Source: an uncultured Gammaproteobacteria bacterium (GTDB taxonomy: Bacteria; Pseudomonadota; Gammaproteobacteria; Pseudomonadales; Azotimanducaceae). Taken from it: a stretch of 64,000 nucleotides of DNA. Under the pieces are notes generated by a model. It searched no databases, was not told the DNA's origin, and saw nothing but the letters and a program-made list of their open reading frames with translations. The stretch covers positions 33,331-97,330 of the forward strand of contig CAJWDN010000001.1 of assembly GCA_913030625.1 (NCBI GenBank), given 5' to 3'. Below are positions 12,229-22,434 of the stretch, in pieces. How positions within the stretch are numbered: position 1 is the first letter of the stretch; each line of letters starts with the position of its first letter. The position numbers and the translations under genes are program-made.

Positions 12229-13233
12229 ATGACTGAGCAGAACGAACCCCTTACTTCTGGTGAATCACCGGTCGCCGCCGGCGGTAGCTTTTTCGGCAGG
12301 CTCCGCACTGGATTGTCGAAAACCCGCGAGCAGCTCGCTCAAGGGCTTGGCAACCTGCTGCTGGGTGAGAAAGAGATTGACGAATCGGCCCTAGAAGATC
12401 TTGAGGCGGCGTTGCTCATGACCGACGTCGGGATGGAGACGACCCAGGCCATTATTACCGAGCTGACCGAGCGCGCGGGTCGCCGCGAGTTGGCGAACAT
12501 GGCCGCGCTCTACCAAGCGCTACAAGAGCTACTGGTGCAGCGTTTAGAGGGTGTGGCGCAGCCGTTGGCGGTTGAGCCTAGGGCCGCTGATGCACTGCCC
12601 AAGGTATTTTTCTTCGTGGGCGTGAACGGTGTCGGTAAGACCACGACCATCGGCAAGTTGGCAAAGCGTTTCAAAAACCAAGGTCTGAGCGTGATGCTGG
12701 CGGCTGGCGACACGTTTCGTGCGGCGGCGGTAGAGCAACTGCAGTCTTGGGGACAACGCGAGGACATTCCTGTAATCGCCCAAGCGCAGGGATCGGACAG
12801 CGCGTCTGTTGCCTTTGATGCCGTGCAAAGTGCCCAAGCCAAGGGTGTGGATGTGCTACTGGTGGATACAGCGGGCCGACTGCAGGCCAAAAGCCAACTT
12901 ATGGATGAATTGGCCAAGATTCAGCGCGTGGTCAAGCGCTTGGACGAGCAGGCCCCCCATGAGGTGATCTTGGTGCTCGATGGCGGGGTTGGGCAAAACG
13001 CGCTGAGTCAGGTCAAGCTCTTCAATCAAAGCATACCGCTCACAGGCTTGGTGGTGACTAAATTAGATGGCACGGCGAAGGCCGGTGTGCTGTTTGCGCT
13101 GGCGTCCCAGTCCTTTGGTTCTCAGCGCATCCCCGTGCGCTTTATCGGTGTCGGCGAGGGCATAGAAGACTTACGTACCTTTGAACCCGAGGCCTTTGTG
13201 TCCGCACTGCTGCAAGCTGAGGAGCCTGCTTAA
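12229..13233 (+). CDS. ftsY: Signal recognition particle receptor FtsY
   Basis: SRP GTPase motifs GVNGVGKTTT, DTAGR and TKLDG. The acidic N-domain is short. Confidence 0.95.
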   Translation: MTEQNEPLTSGESPVAAGGSFFGRLRTGLSKTREQLAQGLGNLLLGEKEIDESALEDLEAALLMTDVGMETTQAIITELTERAGRRELANMAALYQALQELLVQRLEGVAQPLAVEPRAADALPKVFFFVGVNGVGKTTTIGKLAKRFKNQGLSVMLAAGDTFRAAAVEQLQSWGQREDIPVIAQAQGSDSASVAFDAVQSAQAKGVDVLLVDTAGRLQAKSQLMDELAKIQRVVKRLDEQAPHEVILVLDGGVGQNALSQVKLFNQSIPLTGLVVTKLDGTAKAGVLFALASQSFGSQRIPVRFIGVGEGIEDLRTFEPEAFVSALLQAEEPA

Positions 13234-13235
13234 CC

Positions 13236-13931
13236 GTGTCGTTTTTGCAGCTCCAGCGAGTGACCCGACGGTTCGATAACGGTTCCGAAGGGTTATCCGA
13301 TGTGACGCTGGATATTGAGCAAGGCTCCATGGTTTTTCTCACCGGCCACTCTGGTGCCGGCAAGAGCACCCTGTTGAAATTGTTGATTGGCGCACAAACG
13401 GCCACCAGTGGTCGGGTCGTTGTGGATGGCAGCGACATCAGTCGGCTGGGACCTCGTGCCTTGCCGTGGTACCGGCGGCAACTGGGTATTGTGCTGCAGG
13501 ATCATAATTTGCTTGATGATCGGACGGTCTTTGAAAACGTCGCACTGCCACTGCGCGTCACCCACTTGGGAGCGAAAGAGATTGCCCGGCGAGCACGCGG
13601 CGCCTTGGCATCGGTAGATCTCAGCGACCGCGGACATTTATATCCCCGGCATCTGTCGACTGGTGAGCAACAGCGGGTTGGCATCGCGCGGGCGGTGGTG
13701 AACAGGCCGCAGATTATTCTTGCCGATGAACCCACGGGGAACTTAGATCCTTATTTGTCACGACAGGTCATGGCGTTGTTTCATCAGTTCAAAGATCTAG
13801 GTTCCACGGTGCTGGTCGCCAGCCACGATATTGATCTCATCAAGCATCAGGGATGTCGCATTTTGCATCTGTCGCAAGGCGCGCTGGTGCAAGACACCAA
13901 GGCGCCAAGCACAACAGCGGATCGAGCATGA
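13236..13931 (+). CDS. ftsE: Cell division ATP-binding protein FtsE
   Basis: GTG start. Walker A GHSGAGKST, the ABC signature LSTGEQQR and Walker B ILADEPTGNLD are present. Confidence 0.95.
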   Translation: MSFLQLQRVTRRFDNGSEGLSDVTLDIEQGSMVFLTGHSGAGKSTLLKLLIGAQTATSGRVVVDGSDISRLGPRALPWYRRQLGIVLQDHNLLDDRTVFENVALPLRVTHLGAKEIARRARGALASVDLSDRGHLYPRHLSTGEQQRVGIARAVVNRPQIILADEPTGNLDPYLSRQVMALFHQFKDLGSTVLVASHDIDLIKHQGCRILHLSQGALVQDTKAPSTTADRA

Positions 13932-14926
13932 GCGCAAACAAAGCCAATGCCGCTCGGGATGCCAAGGGCAGTCACAACAAGTGGCAGCCTAGGGGCGGGC
14001 GCACACGCGCTTGGTTGGCTGATCATCGGCGTGTGGCGTCGGAAACCATGCTATTTATCAGCCAGCGTGTTGTCAGCAGCTTCTTGGTCTGGGTCATGAT
14101 CGGTGTCGCGCTGGCGTTGCCGGGCTTGCTTTGGGTTCTGCAGAGCAATATGCAGAGTCTAAGTCAGCAGTGGCAAGGCAGTACCGGTGCAACGGTATAT
14201 ATGGCGCTTGGAGCCTCCGAGCAGTCCATTGCTGATATGGCCGCGACTCTGCAACGCGAGCCGGCAGTTGCAAGCGTGCAACTGACGACGCCACGACAAG
14301 CGTTGGAGGAGCTGCTGGCGCAGAGTGCAGACTCAGACTTCTTGCAGCAGGCTATCGCCGAGGTTGAAACGAATCCGCTGCCGACATCCTTTGCGGTGGT
14401 CCTCGACAGCACCCAACCATTTCTGGCTCTGGAGACGCTGAGTCGTCAGCTGGCGGCTCACTCCGGGGTTGATGAGGTGGTCATTGAGTCCGAATGGCTG
14501 GAGAGGCTGCGCGACTTGTCGAGGTTGGCCAATCGCGGCGGCAGCGCGCTGTCCGCCATGTTGTTAGTGGCAGCGATCCTAGTCACCTTTGCCGCCATTC
14601 GCCTTGCCATCGATGCGCGCCTTGCCGAACTGCGGGTGCTGGCATTGATTGGTGCGACCCGCGCTCAGCTGCGTCGTCCGTTTCTGTACTTCGGTTCTGC
14701 CTATGGCCTTGGCGGTGGGATCATGGCCATCGTTTTGATGGCGGTATTCCTAAATGAAATTGAAACGCCGCTGGAATCGCTGCTGATTTCCTATCGCAAT
14801 ACTCTGTCGCTTGGTGGGTTTACCCCGCAAATGGTGCTTACAGTGCTGGGGGCGGGTTGGTCGCTGGGGGTTGTCGGCGCCCTTATCGCCCTAAGCCAAC
14901 GCTTGGAGGCGAAGATCGCCACTTAA
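13928..14926 (+). CDS. ftsX: Cell division permease-like protein FtsX
   Basis: I place the start at the ATG overlapping the ftsE stop (ATGA), which is M26 of the track ORF. The protein has 4 TM segments with a periplasmic loop. It is the third gene of ftsYEX. Confidence 0.9.
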   Translation: MSANKANAARDAKGSHNKWQPRGGRTRAWLADHRRVASETMLFISQRVVSSFLVWVMIGVALALPGLLWVLQSNMQSLSQQWQGSTGATVYMALGASEQSIADMAATLQREPAVASVQLTTPRQALEELLAQSADSDFLQQAIAEVETNPLPTSFAVVLDSTQPFLALETLSRQLAAHSGVDEVVIESEWLERLRDLSRLANRGGSALSAMLLVAAILVTFAAIRLAIDARLAELRVLALIGATRAQLRRPFLYFGSAYGLGGGIMAIVLMAVFLNEIETPLESLLISYRNTLSLGGFTPQMVLTVLGAGWSLGVVGALIALSQRLEAKIAT

Positions 14927-14988
14927 AAGTCAGGCCCCAGCCGATGCGTTTTTGCTTCGCCCTGAGAATCCTTGGTCATAAATTGCAT

Positions 14989-15021
14989 TAGCACTCTCTC
15001 TTTGAGAGTGCTAGTATTTTT
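14989..15021 (+). terminator. Rho-independent terminator of the ftsYEX operon
   Basis: A perfect 10-bp inverted repeat, TAGCACTCTC (14989-14998) and GAGAGTGCTA (15004-15013), flanks a 5-nt loop. It is followed by GTATTTTTG and lies 63 nt after the ftsX stop. Confidence 0.7.
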
Positions 15022-15105
15022 GCCATTGTTACCGCAGGTAGCACTATCGGTTGTTGTTTTTGGCCGGTAGGAATGATTGAACGAACCTTGAGAAGGCTTT
15101 AAACA

Positions 15106-15957
15106 ATGACAACAGATGTGATGAAGATGCCAAGCATGGCCCCCGGGGCTGATCTTGACGCCTATCTGCGCACGATCAGTCAGTTCCCTATTCTCAGCCC
15201 AGAGCAAGAAAAATCATTGGCTCAGAGGCTGCAAGATCACGGTGATCTAGATGCAGCGCGCGAATTGGTCATGTGTCACCTGCGCTTCGTCGTACACCTA
15301 GCGCGCTCTTACAAAGGCTACGGCTTGTCCCAAGCTGACCTTATTCAAGAAGGCAATGTCGGTCTGATGAAGGCGGTGAAACGTTTTGACCCTAGCGTCG
15401 GCGTACGTTTGATTTCCTTCGCTGTGCATTGGATCAAGGCCGAGATGCACGAGTACATCTTGCGCAACTGGCGCATCGTCAAAGTGGCGACCACCAAGGC
15501 TCAGCGCAAACTTTTCTTCAATCTGCGCGGCGCTAAAAAAACCTCGAATTGGTTGAGTGTTGAAGAGACCACTGCAATCGCAAACGAATTGGGTGTTCCC
15601 AGCATCGAAGTGACGCGCATGGAGAGTCGTCTCAGCGCCAGCGATATGGCCTTTGATGGTTACGGCAGCGATGACGAAGTCGCGACGGCGCCGGTACATT
15701 ACTTGCCGTCTGCTGCACCAGACCCTGCGGACTTGGTCGCAGATGCCAGCAGTGACAAAGACATGCACCTGCGTCTGAGCACTGGTCTTGCTGCACTCGA
15801 TGAGCGCAGTCGGGATATTTTGCAGCAACGCTGGCTGAGCGATGACAAATCAACCCTGCATGAGCTGGCACAAGAATACGGTGTTTCCGCCGAGCGCATT
15901 CGGCAGCTTGAAAAGAATGCGATGAACAAGCTCAAAACAGCCATCGCTGGCGCCTAA
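15106..15957 (+). CDS. rpoH: RNA polymerase sigma-32 factor
   Basis: 283 aa. The RpoH box-like QRKLFFNLR and sigma70 regions 2 and 4 are present. It lies downstream of ftsX, as in E. coli. Confidence 0.95.
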   Translation: MTTDVMKMPSMAPGADLDAYLRTISQFPILSPEQEKSLAQRLQDHGDLDAARELVMCHLRFVVHLARSYKGYGLSQADLIQEGNVGLMKAVKRFDPSVGVRLISFAVHWIKAEMHEYILRNWRIVKVATTKAQRKLFFNLRGAKKTSNWLSVEETTAIANELGVPSIEVTRMESRLSASDMAFDGYGSDDEVATAPVHYLPSAAPDPADLVADASSDKDMHLRLSTGLAALDERSRDILQQRWLSDDKSTLHELAQEYGVSAERIRQLEKNAMNKLKTAIAGA

Positions 15958-15988
15958 GTAACTTCGCAGCGCTACTCTCAAAACCATC

Positions 15989-16387
15989 ATGCCCGCCAAG
16001 GCGATTATGTTTTTGGGAGGCCTTTATGGCCTCCTCGCGGTTTTGCTTGGGGCCTTTGCAGCCCACGGCCTTCGTGACGTGGTTTCCGATGACAGCTTGT
16101 CGAGTTGGCAAACCGCTGTTAACTACCAAATGTCTCATGCCTTAGTCCTTCTTTTCACCGGATTGTGGCGACAGCTGGGCGGGCCGCGCCTACTTGGCGT
16201 TGCGGGCTCGCTGTTTTCGATTGGTGTGCTGGCTTTTAGCGGCAGCATTTACCTCCTGGTGTTGCTGGAGGTGCCATGGATGGGCCCCGTCACCCCACTG
16301 GGTGGGCTGAGCCTGATTGGAGGTTGGCTGTGCCTTTGTCTGGCAGTCCTGCGATCGAAGGATTTGACCCTAAAGCAAGACCTTTAG
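15989..16387 (+). CDS. DUF423 (YgdD-like) inner-membrane protein
   Basis: 132 aa with four hydrophobic helices. AVLLGAFAAHGL and the Y..HAL pattern are typical of DUF423. Confidence 0.8.
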   Translation: MPAKAIMFLGGLYGLLAVLLGAFAAHGLRDVVSDDSLSSWQTAVNYQMSHALVLLFTGLWRQLGGPRLLGVAGSLFSIGVLAFSGSIYLLVLLEVPWMGPVTPLGGLSLIGGWLCLCLAVLRSKDLTLKQDL

Positions 16388-16394
16388 CGCGGCA

Positions 16395-17090
16395 ATGTCC
16401 GATTCGCAATCACCATCAACCAACGACCTTGATGCAGGATTCAACTACATTCGTCGGCGTGGCCGATTTACCAAGGCTCAGGCCAACGCTCTGCAAGCAC
16501 TGTCGGATCAATATCGCTGGCAAGCTGCGGATTTGCAGCATCGACCTCTCGGCATGGAGATCGGTTTTGGCATGGGCTTCGAGCTCATCGCATGGGCGGA
16601 GCAGCAACCCAATTGGCAGCTGTTGGGTGTAGAGCTCTACCAGCCGGGTATTGGCTCGATGTTGTCTCGCTTGGCGAAAAATCAGCTATCCAACGTGCGT
16701 CTTGTCGATGAGCCCGCGCAGGTAATCTTGGCGCAGCTCGATAACGACAGCTTGGCAGAAGTGCGTATTTTTTTCCCAGACCCGTGGCCAAAAAAGCGCC
16801 ACCACAAGCGACGTTTGATTCAGCCAGAATTTTTGCGATTGCTACAGCAAAAACTGACACCTGCTGGCATCGTCAGGTTGGCTACAGACTGGGCACCCTA
16901 TGCACATTGGATGGTCGAACACTTCGCCGCAAATCCTGACTTTACTCTTCTGCAGGATGATATTCGCGCGCCGACGGAAACGCCGCCTGCAAGTGTCGCC
17001 GATGAGGTTCGCAACGTGACGAAATTTGAAGCCCGCGGCGAGCGCCTTGGGCACGAAATCCGCGACCTGCAGTATCAGCGCATCAACTAG
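16395..17090 (+). CDS. trmB: tRNA (guanine46-N7)-methyltransferase
   Basis: Contains LEIGFGMG, FFPDPWPKKRHHKRR and the C-terminal TKFEARG. Confidence 0.9.
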   Translation: MSDSQSPSTNDLDAGFNYIRRRGRFTKAQANALQALSDQYRWQAADLQHRPLGMEIGFGMGFELIAWAEQQPNWQLLGVELYQPGIGSMLSRLAKNQLSNVRLVDEPAQVILAQLDNDSLAEVRIFFPDPWPKKRHHKRRLIQPEFLRLLQQKLTPAGIVRLATDWAPYAHWMVEHFAANPDFTLLQDDIRAPTETPPASVADEVRNVTKFEARGERLGHEIRDLQYQRIN

Positions 17091-18239
17091 TTACGCTTCA
17101 AGAAATCGCTCGAGCACGCTATCCAAATAACGCAGTCCAAGGGCAGTGGTCGCACAACGGTCGTGGCGAACCAACTCGAGGTCGACAAGCTCTTGCCAAA
17201 CCTGACTGACCGATTGCCATGGCAGTTGGGTTCGCTCAGCAAAGGATTGCTGCGTAACGCCGTCCAGCAGACGCAGGGCGTTCATCATGAATTCGATGGT
17301 ACGTTGAGTCTGAGGAATCTCCGTTAGCTTGGTGGTCTGACTGTCCTGTTGATACAGGCGCGGTTGGGAAGGTCGCTGCGTACGGTAAATCTTGGGCCCT
17401 TGAGTGATCTTGCCGTGGGCGCCTGCGCCGATACCCATGTAGTCGCCAAAGCTCCAGTACACGAGATTGTGCTGACACTGATACCCGGTTCTTGCAAAGG
17501 CCGATACTTCGTAGCGCTGAAAGCCGGCTTCGGCGAGTAACGCCAGCCCAGCTTGCTCAATTTCCTGCAATACTCGGTCCACCGGCAAAATGGGTGGGCG
17601 GCCAGCAAACTCGGTCTTCGGCTCGATGGTCAATTGATACCAAGAGATATGCTGGGGCTGCAGTTGGATCGCTTGCCGCAAATCCTGGAGCGCCTCTGCC
17701 ACACTCTGGCCTGGCAATCCCCACATAATGTCGAGATTGATATTGCTAAAGCCCGCCTGTCTCGCCTTTGCTACGGCGCTGATGGTTTCGTCTCGCTGAT
17801 GCACTCGGCCAAGCCGCGCAAGCTGCGCATTTGAAAAACTCTGTGCCCCGATGGACAAACGGTTTATGCCCGCGTCTTGGTAATCCTCGAAGCGGTGATA
17901 CTCTGCGGTGCCGGGGTTCACCTCGAGGGTGATCTCAGCTCCTTGGTGGGGTACCTCCTCAAGCAGACGTGCCAGATGCTGTGGTTTGAATAGACTTGGG
18001 GTACCGCCACCAAAAAAAATAGATTCGATCTGCCCGGTATTTGTCTGAGCGATACGCGCTTTGCCAAAGGAGCCATACTGCTGGCGCCAGTCGCCCAGTA
18101 GAGCGTCTAGATACACCACTTGGTCGGTGCCTGCTTTGAGCGGATGAGAATTAAAGTCGCAGTAAGGACATTTTTTGATGCACCACGGAAAGTGCACATA
18201 GAGCCCGAGGGCGCTGGTGTCCGAGTGCGCTTCGATCAT
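17091..18239 (-). CDS. hemW: Radical SAM heme chaperone HemW (YggW; oxygen-independent coproporphyrinogen oxidase-like)
   Basis: Begins LYVHFPWCIKKCPYCDF (CxxxCxxC). At 382 aa it follows rdgB, as in Pseudomonas and E. coli. Confidence 0.9.
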   Translation of the reverse strand: MIEAHSDTSALGLYVHFPWCIKKCPYCDFNSHPLKAGTDQVVYLDALLGDWRQQYGSFGKARIAQTNTGQIESIFFGGGTPSLFKPQHLARLLEEVPHQGAEITLEVNPGTAEYHRFEDYQDAGINRLSIGAQSFSNAQLARLGRVHQRDETISAVAKARQAGFSNINLDIMWGLPGQSVAEALQDLRQAIQLQPQHISWYQLTIEPKTEFAGRPPILPVDRVLQEIEQAGLALLAEAGFQRYEVSAFARTGYQCQHNLVYWSFGDYMGIGAGAHGKITQGPKIYRTQRPSQPRLYQQDSQTTKLTEIPQTQRTIEFMMNALRLLDGVTQQSFAERTQLPWQSVSQVWQELVDLELVRHDRCATTALGLRYLDSVLERFLEA

Positions 18240-18242
18240 GCG

Positions 18243-18836
18243 CTAATTGTTTGCGTGGACATTAAGGGCTTCAACTAGCTTAGCGCAGGCCTGTCCGCGA
18301 TGACTGATACTGTTCTTTGTCGCCTTTGGCAGCTGCGCGGCACTTTGTTTATGTTCGGGTAACCAAAACAATGGGTCGTAGCCAAAACCGCCGTCTCCGC
18401 GAGGTGCCTGCAATATCTCTCCGTGCCATTGCGCCGTCGCAATCAAAGGCGTGGGATCCTCGGCCGAGCGTAGAAAAACCATGCAGCAGAAAAAAAACGC
18501 ACGACGATCGGATTGTTCGCTCAGTGCTTCAAGCAGTCGTTGGTTGTTGTCGGCATCCGATGCGTCCTCGCCAGCGTAGCGCGCGCTGTAAATGCCTGGC
18601 GCTCCATGCAATGCCTGAACGACGAGGCCACTGTCGTCTGCAATGCTGGGAAGGCCTGTAGCCTTGGCCACCGAGCGCGCCTTAATGAGCGCGTTCTCTA
18701 CAAAGGTTGCGCCGTCCTCGACAGCGCTGGGGATATCAGTATCGGTTTGGTTGATCAGGTTGAAACCGACGCTTGCGAGCATGGGGCGCATTTCGTCAAC
18801 CTTGCCTTGATTGCGCGTAGCAAGAACCAGATCCAT
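18243..18836 (-). CDS. rdgB: dITP/XTP pyrophosphatase
   Basis: Contains LVLATRNQGK, EDGATFVENALIKA and FGYDPLF, the Ham1/RdgB family pattern. Confidence 0.9.
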   Translation of the reverse strand: MDLVLATRNQGKVDEMRPMLASVGFNLINQTDTDIPSAVEDGATFVENALIKARSVAKATGLPSIADDSGLVVQALHGAPGIYSARYAGEDASDADNNQRLLEALSEQSDRRAFFFCCMVFLRSAEDPTPLIATAQWHGEILQAPRGDGGFGYDPLFWLPEHKQSAAQLPKATKNSISHRGQACAKLVEALNVHANN

Positions 18837-19294
18837 TAATCAGACCAGTATAGTTTTTGCGTAATCTTCAGGTTCGTGCTCGCCGACTTGACCCCATTGC
18901 TTGCCTGCACCCGCGCATTAATATTGATGCGGTGAACTTCTTCATTGGCGTGCCGAATGACAGCCAAGTAGTAAATGGCGTCGCCATCTACTACTTCACG
19001 AAACGAAAGGTCTTGGCGCTGGCCGAGTAAGTTCTGCGTAGACCCCTCCAGTACCGCAGACACGCCCTTGCCGTTGGCGTCGATAACGGCAAGATTGCAC
19101 AGGGCTTTGTCCTTGCCCCGAGAAATGTCGTACCGAGCAGCGATATATGGCTGCAGAGTTGTCGTCGGTATGACGATGTAATGGAGTTCATAATCTCCAA
19201 AGCGCTGCATTTGTTGGGCATGGCTCACCGCCGCCGTCTGGCAGGCCAGCAGCGCCAAGGACCACGCCGCTGCACGATAGGTGATGGTTTTCAC
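18836..19294 (-). CDS. DUF4426-like periplasmic protein
   Basis: 152 aa with a signal peptide (AAWSLALLACQTAAVSHA). It occupies the metW-rdgB slot held by the DUF4426 protein in Pseudomonas. The family assignment is by position and length only. Confidence 0.7.
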   Translation of the reverse strand: MKTITYRAAAWSLALLACQTAAVSHAQQMQRFGDYELHYIVIPTTTLQPYIAARYDISRGKDKALCNLAVIDANGKGVSAVLEGSTQNLLGQRQDLSFREVVDGDAIYYLAVIRHANEEVHRININARVQASNGVKSASTNLKITQKLYWSD

Positions 19295-19893
19295 GAGGGT
19301 CTCCCAAGGCGATAAAAAGCGTGACTGGCCATTAAATTGGGGGCGAGTTGAATCGCCCAGTGTTCTTGGTAGCGCGTATTAACGACTCGTCGTTGAATGA
19401 TTTTGATGTTTTCTTCTACGCACATTTTTTCGAAGTCCATGGTCGTGCACAGGTGGATATTTGGCGTGTTATGCCAGTTGTAGGGCAAGTGTTTTGAGAC
19501 AGGCATATGGCCCCTAAAACCCAGCTGCAAACGGCAGCGCCAATGACCAAAGTTAGGAAAGGTCACCACACATTCCTCGCCGATTCTCAGCATTTGCCGC
19601 AGCAGCTCTCGCGGATCTCTAACCGCCTGCAGTGCGTCTGCCATGATGACCATATCGAAATTATCGGTGGCAAAATTGCTGATGCCCGCATCCAAATCCT
19701 GCTCAATGACATTTACGCCCTTGCTCAGACAGACCTGTATGTTTGCCGGGTCTCGATCAAGTCCATAGCCGTTGACGTGCTTCTCAGCCTGCAGAGCGGC
19801 CAGCAGCTCGCCGGTGCCGCAGCCTAAATCCAGCACCCGTGCATGCGGATTGATCAGATGGCTAATCAGAGCCAGATCGCCGCGCAGGGTCAC
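19291..19893 (-). CDS. metW: Methionine biosynthesis protein MetW
   Basis: 200 aa with the SAM-MTase-like [12 protein letters not shown]. It overlaps the metX stop by 4 nt. Confidence 0.9.
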   Translation of the reverse strand: MTLRGDLALISHLINPHARVLDLGCGTGELLAALQAEKHVNGYGLDRDPANIQVCLSKGVNVIEQDLDAGISNFATDNFDMVIMADALQAVRDPRELLRQMLRIGEECVVTFPNFGHWRCRLQLGFRGHMPVSKHLPYNWHNTPNIHLCTTMDFEKMCVEENIKIIQRRVVNTRYQEHWAIQLAPNLMASHAFYRLGRPS

Positions 19894-21041
19894 GACGAGG
19901 TTCCTGAACGTTCGTCTAAGCAGCGGTTTAAAAACGTCCCTAGGGCGGCTGTATAGCGTTCGATGGGCAGCAAAAAAGAGTCGTGTCCGTGTTCGGATTC
20001 GATCACGGCACTGGCAACGTTCTTTTTCGCCTTGACCAAGGCATCGACAATCTCTTGGGAGCGCTGGGCAGAAAACCGCCAGTCCGAACTGAAGGACAAA
20101 ATCAAAAACTTACAGGTGGCGCTGCTAAAGGCTTCGACCAGGTCACCATCGGTGTCCCTGGCTGGGTCGAAGTGATCAAGTGCCTTGGTCATAAGTAAGT
20201 AGGTATTGGCGTCAAAATAACGCGTAAACGCCTGCCCCTGATAGTTCAGATAACTCTCGACTTGAAACTCGACCTCATCGCCTTCATCGAAATCACCGGA
20301 TTTGATTTCACGACCAAACTTGGTTCCCATGCCGTCGTCGGATAAGTAGGTAACGTGACCGATCATGCGCGCCAAGCCCAGTCCTCGGTCTGGATTTACG
20401 CCCTCATCAACATAGCGACCCTCGGCGAAATCTTGATCGCTGCCAATGGCCTGTCGGGCGATCTCGTTGAAGGCGATATTTTGTGCAGAGAGCTTGGCCG
20501 CAGATGCGATGGCCACACAGGCGCCGACGCGCTGTGGATAATCAATAGCCCACTGCAACGCCTGCATACCACCCAGACTGCCGCCGACTACGGCGAGAAA
20601 GGTTTCGATGCCAAGATGATCGGCCAGAGCCGCCTGAGAACGCACCCAATCTCGCACCACGACGTTGGGAAAATCAGGCCCATAAACCTTGCCGGTGTTG
20701 GGGTTGATGGTGCGTGGCCCGGTGCTGCCGTGACAGCCGCCGAGATTGTTGAGGCTAACGACAAAGAAACGCTCGGTATCCATGGCCTTGCCTGGCCCGA
20801 TGCAGGCATCCCACCAACCGGGTTTTGGATCATCGTCAGAGTGAACCCCGGCGGCATGATGGTGTCCAGAAAGCGCATGGCAAATTAGGATTGCATTTGA
20901 CTTATTGTCGTCGAGGGCGCCGTAGGTTTCGTAGATCAGCTCATACGCTGGCAACACTGCGCCGTTTTGCAGTGTCAGGGGCTCCTCACACCGAAAGTGT
21001 TGGGGGCTGATTCTGCCAACGGAATCTGTGCCGGTGCGCAT
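19890..21041 (-). CDS. metX: Homoserine O-acyltransferase (MetX; acetyl- or succinyl-specific not decidable here)
   Basis: 383 aa, alpha/beta fold with the nucleophile motif [10 protein letters not shown]. It is paired with metW. Confidence 0.92.
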   Translation of the reverse strand: MRTGTDSVGRISPQHFRCEEPLTLQNGAVLPAYELIYETYGALDDNKSNAILICHALSGHHHAAGVHSDDDPKPGWWDACIGPGKAMDTERFFVVSLNNLGGCHGSTGPRTINPNTGKVYGPDFPNVVVRDWVRSQAALADHLGIETFLAVVGGSLGGMQALQWAIDYPQRVGACVAIASAAKLSAQNIAFNEIARQAIGSDQDFAEGRYVDEGVNPDRGLGLARMIGHVTYLSDDGMGTKFGREIKSGDFDEGDEVEFQVESYLNYQGQAFTRYFDANTYLLMTKALDHFDPARDTDGDLVEAFSSATCKFLILSFSSDWRFSAQRSQEIVDALVKAKKNVASAVIESEHGHDSFLLPIERYTAALGTFLNRCLDERSGTSS

Positions 21042-21045
21042 TTGC

Positions 21046-21582
21046 CTAGACCAAACCGTAAGCGCTTGGTAGCGCTTGCTGCAAAATGGACAACATCAGG
21101 ATCAGCACCATGGGTGAAAAATCTAGCGGTCCCGCGGTAGGTAAAATATTTCGCAGCGGGGTCATCAGTGGCGAGAGCAATTCATCAAGCAGAGACAGCG
21201 CGGGATGGTAGTTGCCTTGACTGACAAAGCTCGCGATCACCAGTAGCAGTGTCGACCACCAGTAAAAATCCACGAGAATCGACACCAAGCGTATAAGTCC
21301 AGCGCCCAGATACGAGATGGTGCCCAAACTGCCCTGGGTAACCAGCACCATAAAAATGATGCCCATGAGCCAAGCTAATAGCAGAGTGGCGAGATCGTAG
21401 CTGCCGGTTTTTGGCAGCAGCTTCCGCAGCGGTGCGGCTAAGCTGTCGCTGCCTTTGACAATGGCCTGACTGATCGGGTTGTAAAAATCTGCCTTACAGG
21501 CTTGCAGTAAAAAGCGCACCAGAAATAAGAGGGTTGCGAGTCGAAAGATCAGATCAACGACCATGAAGAGGGTGGGATTCAT
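21046..21582 (-). CDS. yggT: YggT family membrane protein
   Basis: 178 aa, polytopic, with the duplicated YggT repeat pattern. It follows proC. Confidence 0.85.
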   Translation of the reverse strand: MNPTLFMVVDLIFRLATLLFLVRFLLQACKADFYNPISQAIVKGSDSLAAPLRKLLPKTGSYDLATLLLAWLMGIIFMVLVTQGSLGTISYLGAGLIRLVSILVDFYWWSTLLLVIASFVSQGNYHPALSLLDELLSPLMTPLRNILPTAGPLDFSPMVLILMLSILQQALPSAYGLV

Positions 21583-22391
21583 GCCTTGCTTCCAAATTCG
21601 GTAGCCAGAGTCTCGGCGCGTTGCTTGGCTGCAAGCAGGGCGCGGTCGACAATATGACTTAAGTTTTCTGCTTGCATCACGTTCAGGGCGGCTTCCGTGG
21701 TGCCGCCGGGCGAGGTGACATTGCGCCGAAGCGTTGCGGGATCAGTGTCCGGTTCGCAGGCCATCAACGCGGCGCCGCGGGCGGTTTCTACCACCAGTTG
21801 ACGACTTGCTTGTGCATCAAGACCGAGTGCTTGGGCGCTTTCGATCATGCTTTCCATAAGCAAAAAGTAGTAGGCAGGGCCGCTGCCGGATACTGCAGTA
21901 ACCGCATCAAGTTGGCTCTCGTCGCTTACCCATACGCTGCTGCCAACACCGTTGAGGATGGCTTCGGCTTGGGCGCACTGGGCATCGCTGACCGATGCGT
22001 TAGCGTATAGGCCGGTGATTCCTGCGCCTAGCAGCGCCGGTGTGTTTGGCATGCAGCGCACGATGGGTTGCTGGTCTGGTAGCCAGTCGCCAAGGCTGCG
22101 GGTGTCTATACCAGCGACGATTGAAATCACTAACTGGTCCGTTCTCAGTGCGGGTAGTGCCTGCAAAACGTCGCCGGTGATCTGTGGTTTGACTGCGAGT
22201 ACGATGATGTCTGCTTCGGCAACGGCTCGGGCGTTATCGGTTGTGGTCGCGATGCCCAGCGCAGACAGCACATCCAGCTGTGATTGCGCCGGATCTGCCG
22301 CGACGATTTCGCCGGGTAAATAGCCGCTAGCCTGCAGGCCGCGAATGAGGCTGCCTGCCATATTGCCTGCACCGATAAATGCGATGGTCAT
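21579..22391 (-). CDS. proC: Pyrroline-5-carboxylate reductase
   Basis: Contains IAFIGAGNMA, MPNTPAL and the C-terminal VTSPGGTTEAAL. Confidence 0.95.
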   Translation of the reverse strand: MTIAFIGAGNMAGSLIRGLQASGYLPGEIVAADPAQSQLDVLSALGIATTTDNARAVAEADIIVLAVKPQITGDVLQALPALRTDQLVISIVAGIDTRSLGDWLPDQQPIVRCMPNTPALLGAGITGLYANASVSDAQCAQAEAILNGVGSSVWVSDESQLDAVTAVSGSGPAYYFLLMESMIESAQALGLDAQASRQLVVETARGAALMACEPDTDPATLRRNVTSPGGTTEAALNVMQAENLSHIVDRALLAAKQRAETLATEFGSKA

Positions 22392-22434
22392 TGCGGCGTT
22401 CCTAAATTGTGCATGGGTTGGTCAGTGCTCTGCA

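Noticed and set aside
15022-15105. rpoH promoter elements (for example TTGCCA-16-CACTAT at ~15020-15047).
   Set aside because: The hexamer matches are weak, and several alternative pairings are equally plausible. I cannot support a specific call without 5'-end data.
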